DNA from: Acutalibacteraceae bacterium
Lineage (GTDB): Bacteria > Bacillota > Clostridia > Oscillospirales > Acutalibacteraceae
Assembly: GCA_045637925.1 (NCBI GenBank)
Contig: JAZUAL010000035.1
Span: 25,390-89,389 of the forward strand
Length of the DNA: 64,000 nt
Reading direction: 5' to 3'
Shown here: piece after piece, positions 1 through 8,251 of the stretch
Layout of the letters: the number at the start of each line of letters is the position of its first letter
Position numbering within the stretch: the stretch's first letter is position 1
Notes under the pieces: generated by a model
The model's database searches: none
What the model was told of the DNA's origin: nothing
What the model saw: the letters and a program-made list of their open reading frames with translations, nothing else
Position numbers and translations under genes: made by a program

Positions 1-1321
1 CTGTTTCAACGTGGCTTGTTCTTGGGAAAAGGTCACAAGGGGTGTATTCTATAAGCTTATATCCGCATCCGTCAAAAAGCTTTATGTCACGCGCTAGGGT
101 TGCGGGGTCGCAAGAAACATAAACCACTCTTTCGGGGGAAAACTCTTTTGATATTGTTTCTATAAGCTCAGGTGAGCAACCTTTTCTTGGCGGGTCTACG
201 ATTATGGTATCAGTTTTAATATTTTCTTCAGCTAATTTTTCTGCCGCTTCGGTGGCATCACCGCAAATAAACCTAGTGTTTTTTATACTGTTTATTTGAG
301 CGTTGAATTCAGCATCCTTAATTGCATCGGGTATGATTTCAACACCGATAATGCTTTTAGCAATGTTCGACATAGAAAGACCTATGGTACCTGCACCGCA
401 GTAAAGGTCTAAAAGGTTTTTGGCTTTAGGGTTTGCATACTCTGCAGCTTTTTTATAAAGCTTTTCTGCCATATCACGATTAACTTGATAAAAAGAGAGG
501 GGAGAGAGCCGCACCTTTATATCACACAAAATGTCGGTAATATAAGGTTCGCCGTAAATAACCTTACATTCTTCGCCTAAAATAACATTGGTATTTTTCG
601 TATTTATATTAATCTGAATACTTTTTAAAGAGCTTCCTAATAAATTTTTAAGCTCTTCTATAAGTTGGTCTGAAAAAGGCACATCTGTTCCGTTAATTAT
701 TAGAACAACCATTATTTCTTCGGTTTTTTCTGCCTTGCGGAGATATAAATGCCTAATAAGTCCGTTGCCGCCTTCTTCCGAATAAATACTTATATTATGT
801 TTTTTAATCCATTTTTCAAATAGCTTAGTAATAGCATTAAACTCTTTTGGCTGCAGCTTACAGTCATCTATGGGTATTATACGGTGAGAATGAAAAGCAA
901 AAAAGCCTACGCAACCGTCACTTGTAATAGGTAGCTGTGCCTTGTTTCTGTAACGGTCAGCATTTTCACTGAAGATAATAGGCATAGGAGCTATATCTAT
1001 TCCGCCAATGCGTTTTATTGCTTCATATACTTTTTTCTCTTTTAGTTTTAGCTCAGCCTCGTAGCTTATATGCCTAAATGCACAGCCTCCGCACTGATTA
1101 AAAGCAGAGCAATCAGGGACTATGCGGTCAGATGAAGGGGATATTACTTCTAAAAGTTTTCCAAAGGCATAGCTTTTTTTTACTTTTAAAATCTTTGCCT
1201 TTACCGTGTCACCAACAGCAGTAAGCGGCACAAAAACAGCTATACCGTCATATTTTCCTACGCCGCTACCTTCGTTAGTCACATCAATGATATCTATAAT
1301 TATTTCATCATTCTTTTGCAT
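1..1321 (-). CDS. 23S rRNA (uracil-5-)-methyltransferase, RumA/RlmD (TrmA) family; a few C-terminal codons are cut off by the window edge
   Basis: Not in the supplied ORF track because it is open at the edge. My reverse-strand translation from the ATG at 1321 gives MQKNDEIIIDIIDVTNEGSGVGKYDGIAVFVPLTAVGDTVKAKILKVKK (TRAM-like N-terminus). It also shows a Cys cluster CSAFNQCGGCAF, SAM-MTase motifs DLYCGAGTIG and DPPRKG, and the C-terminal YVSCDPATLARD...DLFPRTSHVET. Confidence 0.85.
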   Translation of the reverse strand, partial: MQKNDEIIIDIIDVTNEGSGVGKYDGIAVFVPLTAVGDTVKAKILKVKKSYAFGKLLEVISPSSDRIVPDCSAFNQCGGCAFRHISYEAELKLKEKKVYEAIKRIGGIDIAPMPIIFSENADRYRNKAQLPITSDGCVGFFAFHSHRIIPIDDCKLQPKEFNAITKLFEKWIKKHNISIYSEEGGNGLIRHLYLRKAEKTEEIMVVLIINGTDVPFSDQLIEELKNLLGSSLKSIQININTKNTNVILGEECKVIYGEPYITDILCDIKVRLSPLSFYQVNRDMAEKLYKKAAEYANPKAKNLLDLYCGAGTIGLSMSNIAKSIIGVEIIPDAIKDAEFNAQINSIKNTRFICGDATEAAEKLAEENIKTDTIIVDPPRKGCSPELIETISKEFSPERVVYVSCDPATLARDIKLFDGCGYKLIEYTPCDLFPRTSHVET

Positions 1322-1357
1322 TAAATTTTCAGCACCTAAACAGTATAATATAGTTAT

Positions 1358-1386
1358 ATATTATCACATAAAGGCTATAAGGTCAA
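1358..1386 (-). promoter_or_regulatory. sigma-A-type promoter candidate for the methyltransferase gene
   Basis: The reverse strand reads TTGACC, 17 nt, TAATAT, about 35 nt upstream of the ATG at 1321. Confidence 0.45.
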
Positions 1387-1410
1387 ACAATATGTAGCGG
1401 AAAACATCCG

Positions 1411-2061
1411 CTAACTGCAAAATCTGTGGTTTCCTATCGTAGTGATAATCGGTCTTGAAAAAATCCATTTATTTGTTGATTTAACTGGATTATAGTAGTA
1501 AATAGCACCGCCACTTGGGTCAAGACCATTTAAAGCATCGGTTGCAGCTCTGTATGCACTGTCTGAAATTGCCTCATAAAACTGACCGTCGTTAAGACAG
1601 GAAAAAGCACCTTTTTGGTAAACCACACCTGAAAGTGTATCGGGAAAGGAGGGGTGTTCGATACGGTTAAGAATTACCGCACCTACCGCCACTTGACCTA
1701 GATACGTCTCACCTCTCGCCTCAGCGGATATTATTCTTGCCAAAAGCTCATAATCGGCAGATGCAATGCCAAAATAATCAGTATTATTACCGCCTACACC
1801 CAATGCTTTAAGGGTTTTGTCCCCTGCTATTCCGTCCGCAACAAGACCGTTAGCCTTTTGAAATGATATTACTGCATTTTTTGTGGCTGTGCCGAAAATT
1901 CCGTCAACATTCCCAGTGTAATATCCTTGCTCCTTGAGAACTTGCTGAATGCTTCTTACTTCTTCTGAGCGTGAGCCTATTTTTGAAAGTGCCGAAGCGC
2001 AACAGGTGAAAACGGAAAGAATAATAAGTAATATTACGATTAATTTAAAATAGTATTTCAT
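1411..2061 (-). CDS. sleB: spore cortex-lytic enzyme, SleB-like (signal peptide, peptidoglycan-binding domain, SleB/CwlJ hydrolase domain)
   Basis: The 216-aa ORF has a hydrophobic N-terminal signal (MKYYFKLIVILLIILSVFTCCASA). It has a PG_binding_1-like segment (VRSIQQVLKEQGYYTGNVDGIFGTATKNAVISFQKANGLVADGIAG). The C-terminal part matches the SleB catalytic domain (LLARIISAEARGE...VAVGAVILNRIEHPSFPDT...VYQKGAFSC). Confidence 0.85.
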   Translation of the reverse strand: MKYYFKLIVILLIILSVFTCCASALSKIGSRSEEVRSIQQVLKEQGYYTGNVDGIFGTATKNAVISFQKANGLVADGIAGDKTLKALGVGGNNTDYFGIASADYELLARIISAEARGETYLGQVAVGAVILNRIEHPSFPDTLSGVVYQKGAFSCLNDGQFYEAISDSAYRAATDALNGLDPSGGAIYYYNPVKSTNKWIFSRPIITTIGNHRFCS

Positions 2062-2169
2062 ATAAACACCTCGAAATTAGTCTTTCCTAAAAATTCCTTT
2101 TTATACTTTTCTATACTCGACCTATAGCACACAAATATTTCAAAAAATCCTAGTTTGTTACATCACGGT

Positions 2170-2202
2170 TTGACAAAATAATCACCGTTTTAGACGTATA
2201 AT
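2170..2202 (+). promoter_or_regulatory. spoIIE promoter candidate with consensus hexamers and an abnormal 21-bp spacer
   Basis: TTGACA at 2170-2175, spacer 2176-2196 (21 nt), TATAAT at 2197-2202. The -10 hexamer ends 29 nt (2203-2231) upstream of the TTG start at 2232. Confidence 0.5.
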
Positions 2203-2231
2203 AAGCTTTAGAAAAATAGGCGGTGATGTAA

Positions 2232-4541
2232 TTGAAAGATATTGTGAAAATATCGGAAAAAAGTGAAAATTTTTCAAGCAAGGAATTAGTTTTAGGCTCC
2301 ATTTCTCATTTTTTCGTCGGTCTTGGCGGCATAGCGGCATCAAGGGCTGTTGTTTTGGACAGGCTTTTGCCGTTCGGACTTTCTTTTTTGGCGGGAAGCT
2401 CGGTAACATTCACTCCTGCTGCGGCAATAGGTGTATTTTTAGGCTATTTTTTTCCTGCTGTTGGTAACGGTGGCTTCAGGTACATAGCGGCTCTTTTTGC
2501 GATAGTGGCAATCAAGCTTTTGTTAAATAATTATAAAAAGATTGTGTGCAATCCTATATTCTTAACCTTTATTGCCTTAGCAGCTAATCTTGTTACGTCT
2601 TCGGTAGCACTAAGAAATCTGGAAACAAGTCTGCTAGATGTAGTAACAGAAACTGTTTTATGCACAGTTGCAACTTTTTTTATATCGAAAAGCTTTATTA
2701 CTATTAATCGCTTTTCTTCAGGGCTTTCTGCGGACGAGCTTGCGACTGTGCTGATAAGCCTAAGCATTTTAATATTGGGTTTTAATAATTTAGAGCTAAC
2801 AGGGATATCCTTAGGAAGACTTTTAGGCGTAGCACTTATTCTTACCTGTGCTAAGTATGGTGGAATAGTATCGGGGGCGGTATCAGGAATTGCGGTATCA
2901 CTAACCTTAATACTTAGCGGAGTTTCAGGGAATATTGGTGTTGCATTTGCTTTTTCGGGGCTTATGGCAGGTATTTTTGTGACGCTTGGAAAATATGCCC
3001 AGATTATAGTGCTTATCATTTCAAGCTTTATAGGAGCGGTAAGCACGGGGGATACAGTGCTAATTTCAAGAACAGTAATAGAGGCGGCACTTGGTGCGGC
3101 TGTTTTTCTGATTTTGCCTAGAAAAGCAGGTATTGTGTTTGGTAAAATCTTTTCTGCAAGTCCAAAGCTTGCGGTACCAACAGGTCTCAAAAAATCCCTA
3201 ACAATGCGTTTAGAATTAGCATCTAATGCTTTACGGGATGTTTCCGAGACGGTAGAACAGGTCTCCAGTGAGCTTTCAAAGATTAATGCACCTGATTTTT
3301 GCAGCGTGATTTCGGCTATTGAAAGAGACGCCTGTGCAGGTTGTAAGCTAAGGGTACATTGTTGGGAAAATAAAAGAAGCGACACAATAGAGGCTATACT
3401 CCAAATGACGAAAGCGGTAAAACAGGGAGAGGTTTCACCTGAAATTGCCGCACCGTCGGAGTTTAAGGGCAGGTGTATGCGTGTTCCACAGGTTGCTAAT
3501 GTAACCTATAAACGCTATTCTGACTATGCCTCGCATATAGCTGCCGAAAACCGTATCGATGAGGTGCGTTCGGTAGTATCTGACCAATTTGACGGAATTT
3601 CATCTATGCTTTATGATTTGAGTAGGGAATTTGGAAACGATGAAAAGCTTGACAATTCTGCAGCAGAAAATGCCGCTGCGGCACTAAAAAATATTGATAT
3701 AAGAGTAAGTGAGGCTTGCAGCCGAATAGATAAGTACGGAAGGATGACCTTAGAATTTAAGCTAAAAAAAACACCAGAGCTTGTTATAAATAGGCTACAG
3801 GTGATGAAAATACTGTCTATAGTTTGCGAAAGGGATTTTGATATACCCACAGTCAGTGAGGTGGGCGGTGATATTTATATTGTGATTAACGAACATGCGT
3901 CGCTGACGGTTGATATAGGTGTAGAACAAATTTCTGCATCAGATTCAAATATGTGCGGTGACGCATATAAGTATTTTCTTGACGGTAAAGGTCATTTTAT
4001 AATGATACTCAGCGATGGAATGGGAACAGGAGGCAGAGCAGCGGTAGACGGAGCTATGGCGTCGGGATTGATGTCAAGGCTTTTAAAGGCAGGCTTCGGG
4101 TATGATTGTTCTCTTAAAATCCTTAATTCGTCGATGCTTTTTAAATCAACCGATGAATCCTTGGCAACAGTGGATATTGCGAGCATAGACCTTTATACAG
4201 GTGTTACAGAGCTTTATAAGGCGGGTGCTGCACCGACTATTGTGAGACGTTCAGGTAAGACGGGAAAAGCTCAAAGCACCTCACTTCCCGCAGGAATACT
4301 TCGGGACATAGGCTTTGACAGAGCAATAGTTAAATGTAGAGTAGGTGATATCATAGTACTTATGTCTGATGGAGCCACAGGAAATGGCACCGATTGGATT
4401 AGGGCAGAAATTGAGGCTTGGCAGGATGGCTCGGCACAGGCACTTGCAGAAAAGCTTTGTGAATCTGCTAAACGCCGCAGAAACGACGACCACGAGGATG
4501 ATATAACTGTGATGGTGTCTATTATAAATAAATCGGCATAA
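2232..4541 (+). CDS. spoIIE: stage II sporulation protein E, a membrane-anchored PP2C phosphatase
   Basis: The 769-aa ORF has about 10 hydrophobic segments in the first 300 or so residues. The C-terminal PP2C/SpoIIE domain shows CGDAY...ILSDGMGTGGRAAVDGAMASGL...LMSDG...DDITVMV. The start is TTG, preceded by GGCGGTGA. Confidence 0.9.
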   Translation: MKDIVKISEKSENFSSKELVLGSISHFFVGLGGIAASRAVVLDRLLPFGLSFLAGSSVTFTPAAAIGVFLGYFFPAVGNGGFRYIAALFAIVAIKLLLNNYKKIVCNPIFLTFIALAANLVTSSVALRNLETSLLDVVTETVLCTVATFFISKSFITINRFSSGLSADELATVLISLSILILGFNNLELTGISLGRLLGVALILTCAKYGGIVSGAVSGIAVSLTLILSGVSGNIGVAFAFSGLMAGIFVTLGKYAQIIVLIISSFIGAVSTGDTVLISRTVIEAALGAAVFLILPRKAGIVFGKIFSASPKLAVPTGLKKSLTMRLELASNALRDVSETVEQVSSELSKINAPDFCSVISAIERDACAGCKLRVHCWENKRSDTIEAILQMTKAVKQGEVSPEIAAPSEFKGRCMRVPQVANVTYKRYSDYASHIAAENRIDEVRSVVSDQFDGISSMLYDLSREFGNDEKLDNSAAENAAAALKNIDIRVSEACSRIDKYGRMTLEFKLKKTPELVINRLQVMKILSIVCERDFDIPTVSEVGGDIYIVINEHASLTVDIGVEQISASDSNMCGDAYKYFLDGKGHFIMILSDGMGTGGRAAVDGAMASGLMSRLLKAGFGYDCSLKILNSSMLFKSTDESLATVDIASIDLYTGVTELYKAGAAPTIVRRSGKTGKAQSTSLPAGILRDIGFDRAIVKCRVGDIIVLMSDGATGNGTDWIRAEIEAWQDGSAQALAEKLCESAKRRRNDDHEDDITVMVSIINKSA

Positions 4542-4573
4542 AAAAAGGGCTACTCTTTTTTGAGTAGTCCTTT
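4541..4573. terminator. bidirectional intrinsic terminator between convergent spoIIE and comM
   Basis: Stem GGGCTACTC (4547-4555) pairs with GAGTAGTCC (4562-4570) around a TTTTTT loop. It is flanked by an A6 run on the left and TTT on the right. Confidence 0.7.
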
Positions 4574-4577
4574 AAGG

Positions 4578-6104
4578 TTATACACCCCAATATTTTCTAT
4601 CAAGACTTCTAAATGAAATGGCAGAAAAAATATGGTTCTTTTCAATTATTTTGCTACCGTCAAGGTCGGCAATAGTTCTTGCGACCTTTAAAATTCGGTC
4701 ATAGGCTCTTGCAGACATACCAAGTCTTTCAAAAGAAAGCGCCAAATACTTAGAGGCATCATCCGACATTATGCAGTATTTTTTAAGCAATGACGGAGTA
4801 AGACGTGCGTTACAGGTAATTCCTGTACCTTTATACCGTTCAACCTGTATTTTTCGGGCTTTATTCACGCGCGATTTGATTTCGGCAGAGGTTTCTGCCT
4901 TTTCGGTAGAGTTGAGCTCGGAAAAATCCACGGGAGGAACCTCTACATGAAGGTCTAATCGGTCCAGCATAGGCCCCGAAATTCTACCTAAATATTTATG
5001 CACAGCATTTTGCGAACACGTACATTCTCTGGTTGGATGTCCGAAATATCCGCAAGGACAAGGGTTCATAGCCGCTACAAGCATTATTTGGCTTGGATAA
5101 GTGAGAGTTCCTGCAACTCTCGAAATGGTAACCTTTCCGTCCTCTAATGGTTGACGCAAAGCTTCCATAACATCACGTTTGTATTCGGGTAATTCATCTA
5201 AAAACAGAACACCATTGTGAGCTAGTGAAATTTCACCGGGTTTTGGAGTTGTACCTCCGCCGGAAATACCGGCAACCGATACGGTATGATGAGGCGAACG
5301 GAACGGACGCGCAGTTATAAAAGGGTTATCTCGTGTAAGCTTACCTGCTATTGAATGAATTTTTGTGGTTTCAATCGATTCCTCAAAGGTCATTTCGGGT
5401 AGAATGCCAGGAAGACGCTTAGCCAACATACTTTTGCCTGCTCCGGGAGGACCGATAAGTAAAATATTATGTCCGCCTGCAGCAGCTACCTCTAGAGCTT
5501 TTTTTGCGGCAATTTGACCTTTAACCTCACTAAAATCTGGTATATGTAAATTTTCTAATGAATTGATATCTGTTTTGGGATGCGGGGAAAGGGGATTATT
5601 ACCATTAAAATGCTCGATAATTTGTTTGACATTTTCTACAGCATAAACATTAATTCCCTCAACAACAGCCGCTTCTGAGACATTGGCAATTGGAACAAAA
5701 ATATTTTCTATACCATTTTCCTTAGCTGTAATAGTTATTGCTAAAACACCATTTACCGCTCTTACCATACCGTCGAGAGCTACTTCACCAATTACCACCG
5801 AATTTCCGATATCCTCTTTAAATTGACCGTAAGCCTTTAAAATAGCAAGCAAAACGGGTAGGTCATAAAGTGAGCCTTCTTTTTTGCGGTCAGCTGGTGC
5901 TAAATTAACCGTAATCCTACCAACAGGGAATTTAAAGCCGCAATTTTTAATTGCGGCGCGTATTCTATCTCTTGATTCCTTAACCGTGGCATCGGGAAGC
6001 CCTACAATATCAAAAGCAGGAAGTCCGCCTGAGACATCAGCCTCAATTTCAATCATATAAGAATCAATACCGAAAAGACCGATACCTTTAACTCTTGAGA
6101 ACAC
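4578..6104 (-). CDS. comM: YifB/ComM family Mg-chelatase-like AAA+ ATPase
   Basis: The 508-aa ORF has an N-terminal Lon-protease-like domain (MIEIEADVSGGLPAFDIVGLPD) and Walker A LIGPPGAGKSMLAKR. It also shows the Mg-chelatase signature FLDELPEY and a C-terminal ChlI-like helix. GTG start with AAGGATGA upstream. Confidence 0.9.
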   Translation of the reverse strand: MFSRVKGIGLFGIDSYMIEIEADVSGGLPAFDIVGLPDATVKESRDRIRAAIKNCGFKFPVGRITVNLAPADRKKEGSLYDLPVLLAILKAYGQFKEDIGNSVVIGEVALDGMVRAVNGVLAITITAKENGIENIFVPIANVSEAAVVEGINVYAVENVKQIIEHFNGNNPLSPHPKTDINSLENLHIPDFSEVKGQIAAKKALEVAAAGGHNILLIGPPGAGKSMLAKRLPGILPEMTFEESIETTKIHSIAGKLTRDNPFITARPFRSPHHTVSVAGISGGGTTPKPGEISLAHNGVLFLDELPEYKRDVMEALRQPLEDGKVTISRVAGTLTYPSQIMLVAAMNPCPCGYFGHPTRECTCSQNAVHKYLGRISGPMLDRLDLHVEVPPVDFSELNSTEKAETSAEIKSRVNKARKIQVERYKGTGITCNARLTPSLLKKYCIMSDDASKYLALSFERLGMSARAYDRILKVARTIADLDGSKIIEKNHIFSAISFRSLDRKYWGV

Positions 6105-6124
6105 GTAACTTCATCCTTTTAAAA

Positions 6125-7078
6125 TTATTCGGCAAGATTTTCCACTTTCTCGCCATTTAAAAATTTTTCTAATTTTTCTTCTACTAAATCGAGCAGTCTG
6201 ATTCTTGTTGAATATGGTGCCCAAGCTGAGTGAGGTGTGATAATAATATTTTTAGCATTAATGAGAATGCAGTCTTTACTCATAGGCTCAGCCTTTAAAA
6301 CATCAACAGCCGCACCCGAAAGTTTTCCGCTTTCTAAAGCATCAAACAAGGCTTGCTCGTCAACCGTGCCACCGCGCGAGGTGTTTATAAAAAATGCACC
6401 GTCCTTCATTTTGCCGAAGGTATCATAATTCATCATATCGGCGCTTTGCTCGGTAAGAGGGCAGTGAAGGGTTACAATATCAGAGGATTGAAGTAGAGTG
6501 TCAAGGTCAACAAATTCTGTCTCATCGTCTTCCTGCACAGTTCTGGTATTAACAATAACCCTCATTCCAAGACCCTCTGCAGCTTTTTTAACAGCCCTTC
6601 CAATACTGCCGTACCCGATAATTCCTAAGGTTTTACCGTAAACCTCATCAGATACGTAAACAAGAGGGGAAAATATTTCTGAATTTTGCCAACCCCCACC
6701 CAGAACAAATTTGTTATATTCGGGTATACGGGTATAGTGCATAAGAATGTACCCAATAACCTGTTGAGCCACAGCATTTGTTGAATAACCGGCAATATTG
6801 CAGACAGTAATGCCTCTTTCTTTAGCACAAACAAGGTCTATATTGTTATAACCTGTTGCAAAAATTCCAACATATTTAAGGTTTGGCGCCATTTCCATAA
6901 CCTTGCGGTCAATCAATGTTTTGTTACAAAGAATAACATTTATATCCTTTACAGTTTTAAGCAGTTCTTCGCGGCTTATGTTATTACAAATGATGCAATC
7001 ACCGTATTTTTTAAAACGTTCGGTGGATATATCGTTATTTGAATGAAGTGTTGCATTATCAGTTATCAGTATTTTCAT
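6125..7078 (-). CDS. D-isomer-specific 2-hydroxyacid dehydrogenase (glycerate/hydroxypyruvate reductase-like)
   Basis: The 317-aa ORF has the NAD-binding GIIGYGSIGRAV motif. It also has the RGG...VD catalytic segment (FINTSRGGTVDEQAL) and ITPHSAW. Confidence 0.8.
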   Translation of the reverse strand: MKILITDNATLHSNNDISTERFKKYGDCIICNNISREELLKTVKDINVILCNKTLIDRKVMEMAPNLKYVGIFATGYNNIDLVCAKERGITVCNIAGYSTNAVAQQVIGYILMHYTRIPEYNKFVLGGGWQNSEIFSPLVYVSDEVYGKTLGIIGYGSIGRAVKKAAEGLGMRVIVNTRTVQEDDETEFVDLDTLLQSSDIVTLHCPLTEQSADMMNYDTFGKMKDGAFFINTSRGGTVDEQALFDALESGKLSGAAVDVLKAEPMSKDCILINAKNIIITPHSAWAPYSTRIRLLDLVEEKLEKFLNGEKVENLAE

Positions 7079-7277
7079 CTTTTGCTTTGACCTTTCGTTT
7101 TGTACCGTCAGGTTCTACAATGTAGGTGTTTTCAAGCTGTGAAACGAGGGAGGCCTTAAAGCTGTCAATATATTCACGTCTTAAAATGGATTGCTCTTCA
7201 AGTTCGGCATCTGTCAGCCCCACACTTTTTTTCTTTTTTGCAAGCTCGTTTATTCGATTGATTTTTTCGTCGGTCAT
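7059..7277 (-). CDS. DUF896 (UPF0291, YnzC-like) small protein
   Basis: MTDEKINRINELAKKKKSVGLTDAELEEQSILRREYIDSFK closely resembles B. subtilis YnzC. I chose the internal ATG at 7277 because the track start at 7298 would overlap the recR stop. Confidence 0.75.
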   Translation of the reverse strand: MTDEKINRINELAKKKKSVGLTDAELEEQSILRREYIDSFKASLVSQLENTYIVEPDGTKRKVKAKDENTDN

Positions 7278-7287
7278 ACAAAAACTC

Positions 7288-7890
7288 CTAAATTTCATTT
7301 CTGCCTGAAAGGGCGCGGGCTAAGGTAAATTCATCAGCATATTCAAGGTCGCTGCCCACGGGTATACCGTAAGCTAGACGAGTAACCTTAATTCCCATAG
7401 GTTTTACAAGTCTTGAAATATAGCTAGCGGTAGCCTCACCGTCAACCGTGGGGTTGGTAGCCATTATGATTTCGGCTATTTCATTTGAAGAAAGCCTCGC
7501 CATAAGCTCTTTGATTTTTAGTTGGTCAGGACCTATACCGTCAAGAGGGGATATAACACCATGAAGCACGTGGTAAAGACCGTTATATTCCCGTGTGCGC
7601 TCAAAAGCCATAACGTCCTTTGGTTCGGCTACAACGCAGATAACGGTTTTATCGCGTGCTGGGTTATCGCAAATTTCACAAACCTCTAAATCGGTAAAGG
7701 CTTGACAAACCTTACAAAAATGAATTTTTTTGCGTGCATTTACAAGCGCTTCAGCAAATTTTTCAGCCCTTTCGGGCGGTTGCTCCAAAATGCTGTAGGC
7801 TAATCGTTGTGCGGTTTTTTTACCTATTCCGGGCAATCTTTCAAATTGGTTAATCAGCTCGGTTAAGGGTATAATATTATTGTTAGCCAT
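7288..7890 (-). CDS. recR: recombination protein RecR
   Basis: The 200-aa ORF has an HhH N-terminus (LPGIGKKTAQRLAY), a C4 zinc finger (CKVCQAFTDLEVCEIC) and a Toprim domain. Confidence 0.95.
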   Translation of the reverse strand: MANNNIIPLTELINQFERLPGIGKKTAQRLAYSILEQPPERAEKFAEALVNARKKIHFCKVCQAFTDLEVCEICDNPARDKTVICVVAEPKDVMAFERTREYNGLYHVLHGVISPLDGIGPDQLKIKELMARLSSNEIAEIIMATNPTVDGEATASYISRLVKPMGIKVTRLAYGIPVGSDLEYADEFTLARALSGRNEI

Positions 7891-7895
7891 ATTTT

Positions 7896-8237
7896 TTAGA
7901 AAAGTCCTGGCATATTAAGTCCACCGGTGATAGCGCCCATTTCCTCTTCGGAGGTCTTGGTTGCATTGCCAATGGCCTCATTAACAGCAACAGTTATAAG
8001 GTCTTCTAGCATTTCAGCATCATCGGGGTCTATAGCATCAGGATTGATTTTTATGCTTTTTATTAAATGCTTACCATCAACAGTAACTTCAACCATACCG
8101 CCACCCGAAGTGGCAGAAAATTCGCGGTTTTCGAGGTCTTCCTGTAATGCGGCCATATCAGCCTGCATCTTTTGAGCCTGTTTTAGCATTTGATTCATAT
8201 TACCGGGACCACCCGAATTTGGAATTCTAACCTTCAT
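7896..8237 (-). CDS. ybaB: YbaB/EbfC family nucleoid-associated protein
   Basis: 113 aa, with MNQMLKQAQKMQADMAALQEDL...GGGMVEVTVDGKHLIKSIKINP. It lies in the canonical dnaX-ybaB-recR order. Confidence 0.9.
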   Translation of the reverse strand: MKVRIPNSGGPGNMNQMLKQAQKMQADMAALQEDLENREFSATSGGGMVEVTVDGKHLIKSIKINPDAIDPDDAEMLEDLITVAVNEAIGNATKTSEEEMGAITGGLNMPGLF

Positions 8238-8251
8238 AGTGTATATCTCCT

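Noticed and set aside
1206-1397. A 63-aa plus-strand ORF at the 5' end of the methyltransferase gene.
   Set aside because: It is antisense to the TRAM-domain coding region and to the promoter of a well-supported gene, and has no SD.
2531-3385. A 284-aa ORF antisense to spoIIE. Similar long antisense ORFs lie inside pnp (14729-15367), aroC (33324-33872), smc (52851-53585), ftsY (54422-55078) and yqeG/TIM-barrel (60925-61578).
   Set aside because: All of them lie entirely within well-supported genes on the opposite strand. They have Ser/Leu/Ile-rich low-complexity composition typical of shadow frames. None has a recognisable motif, SD or promoter.
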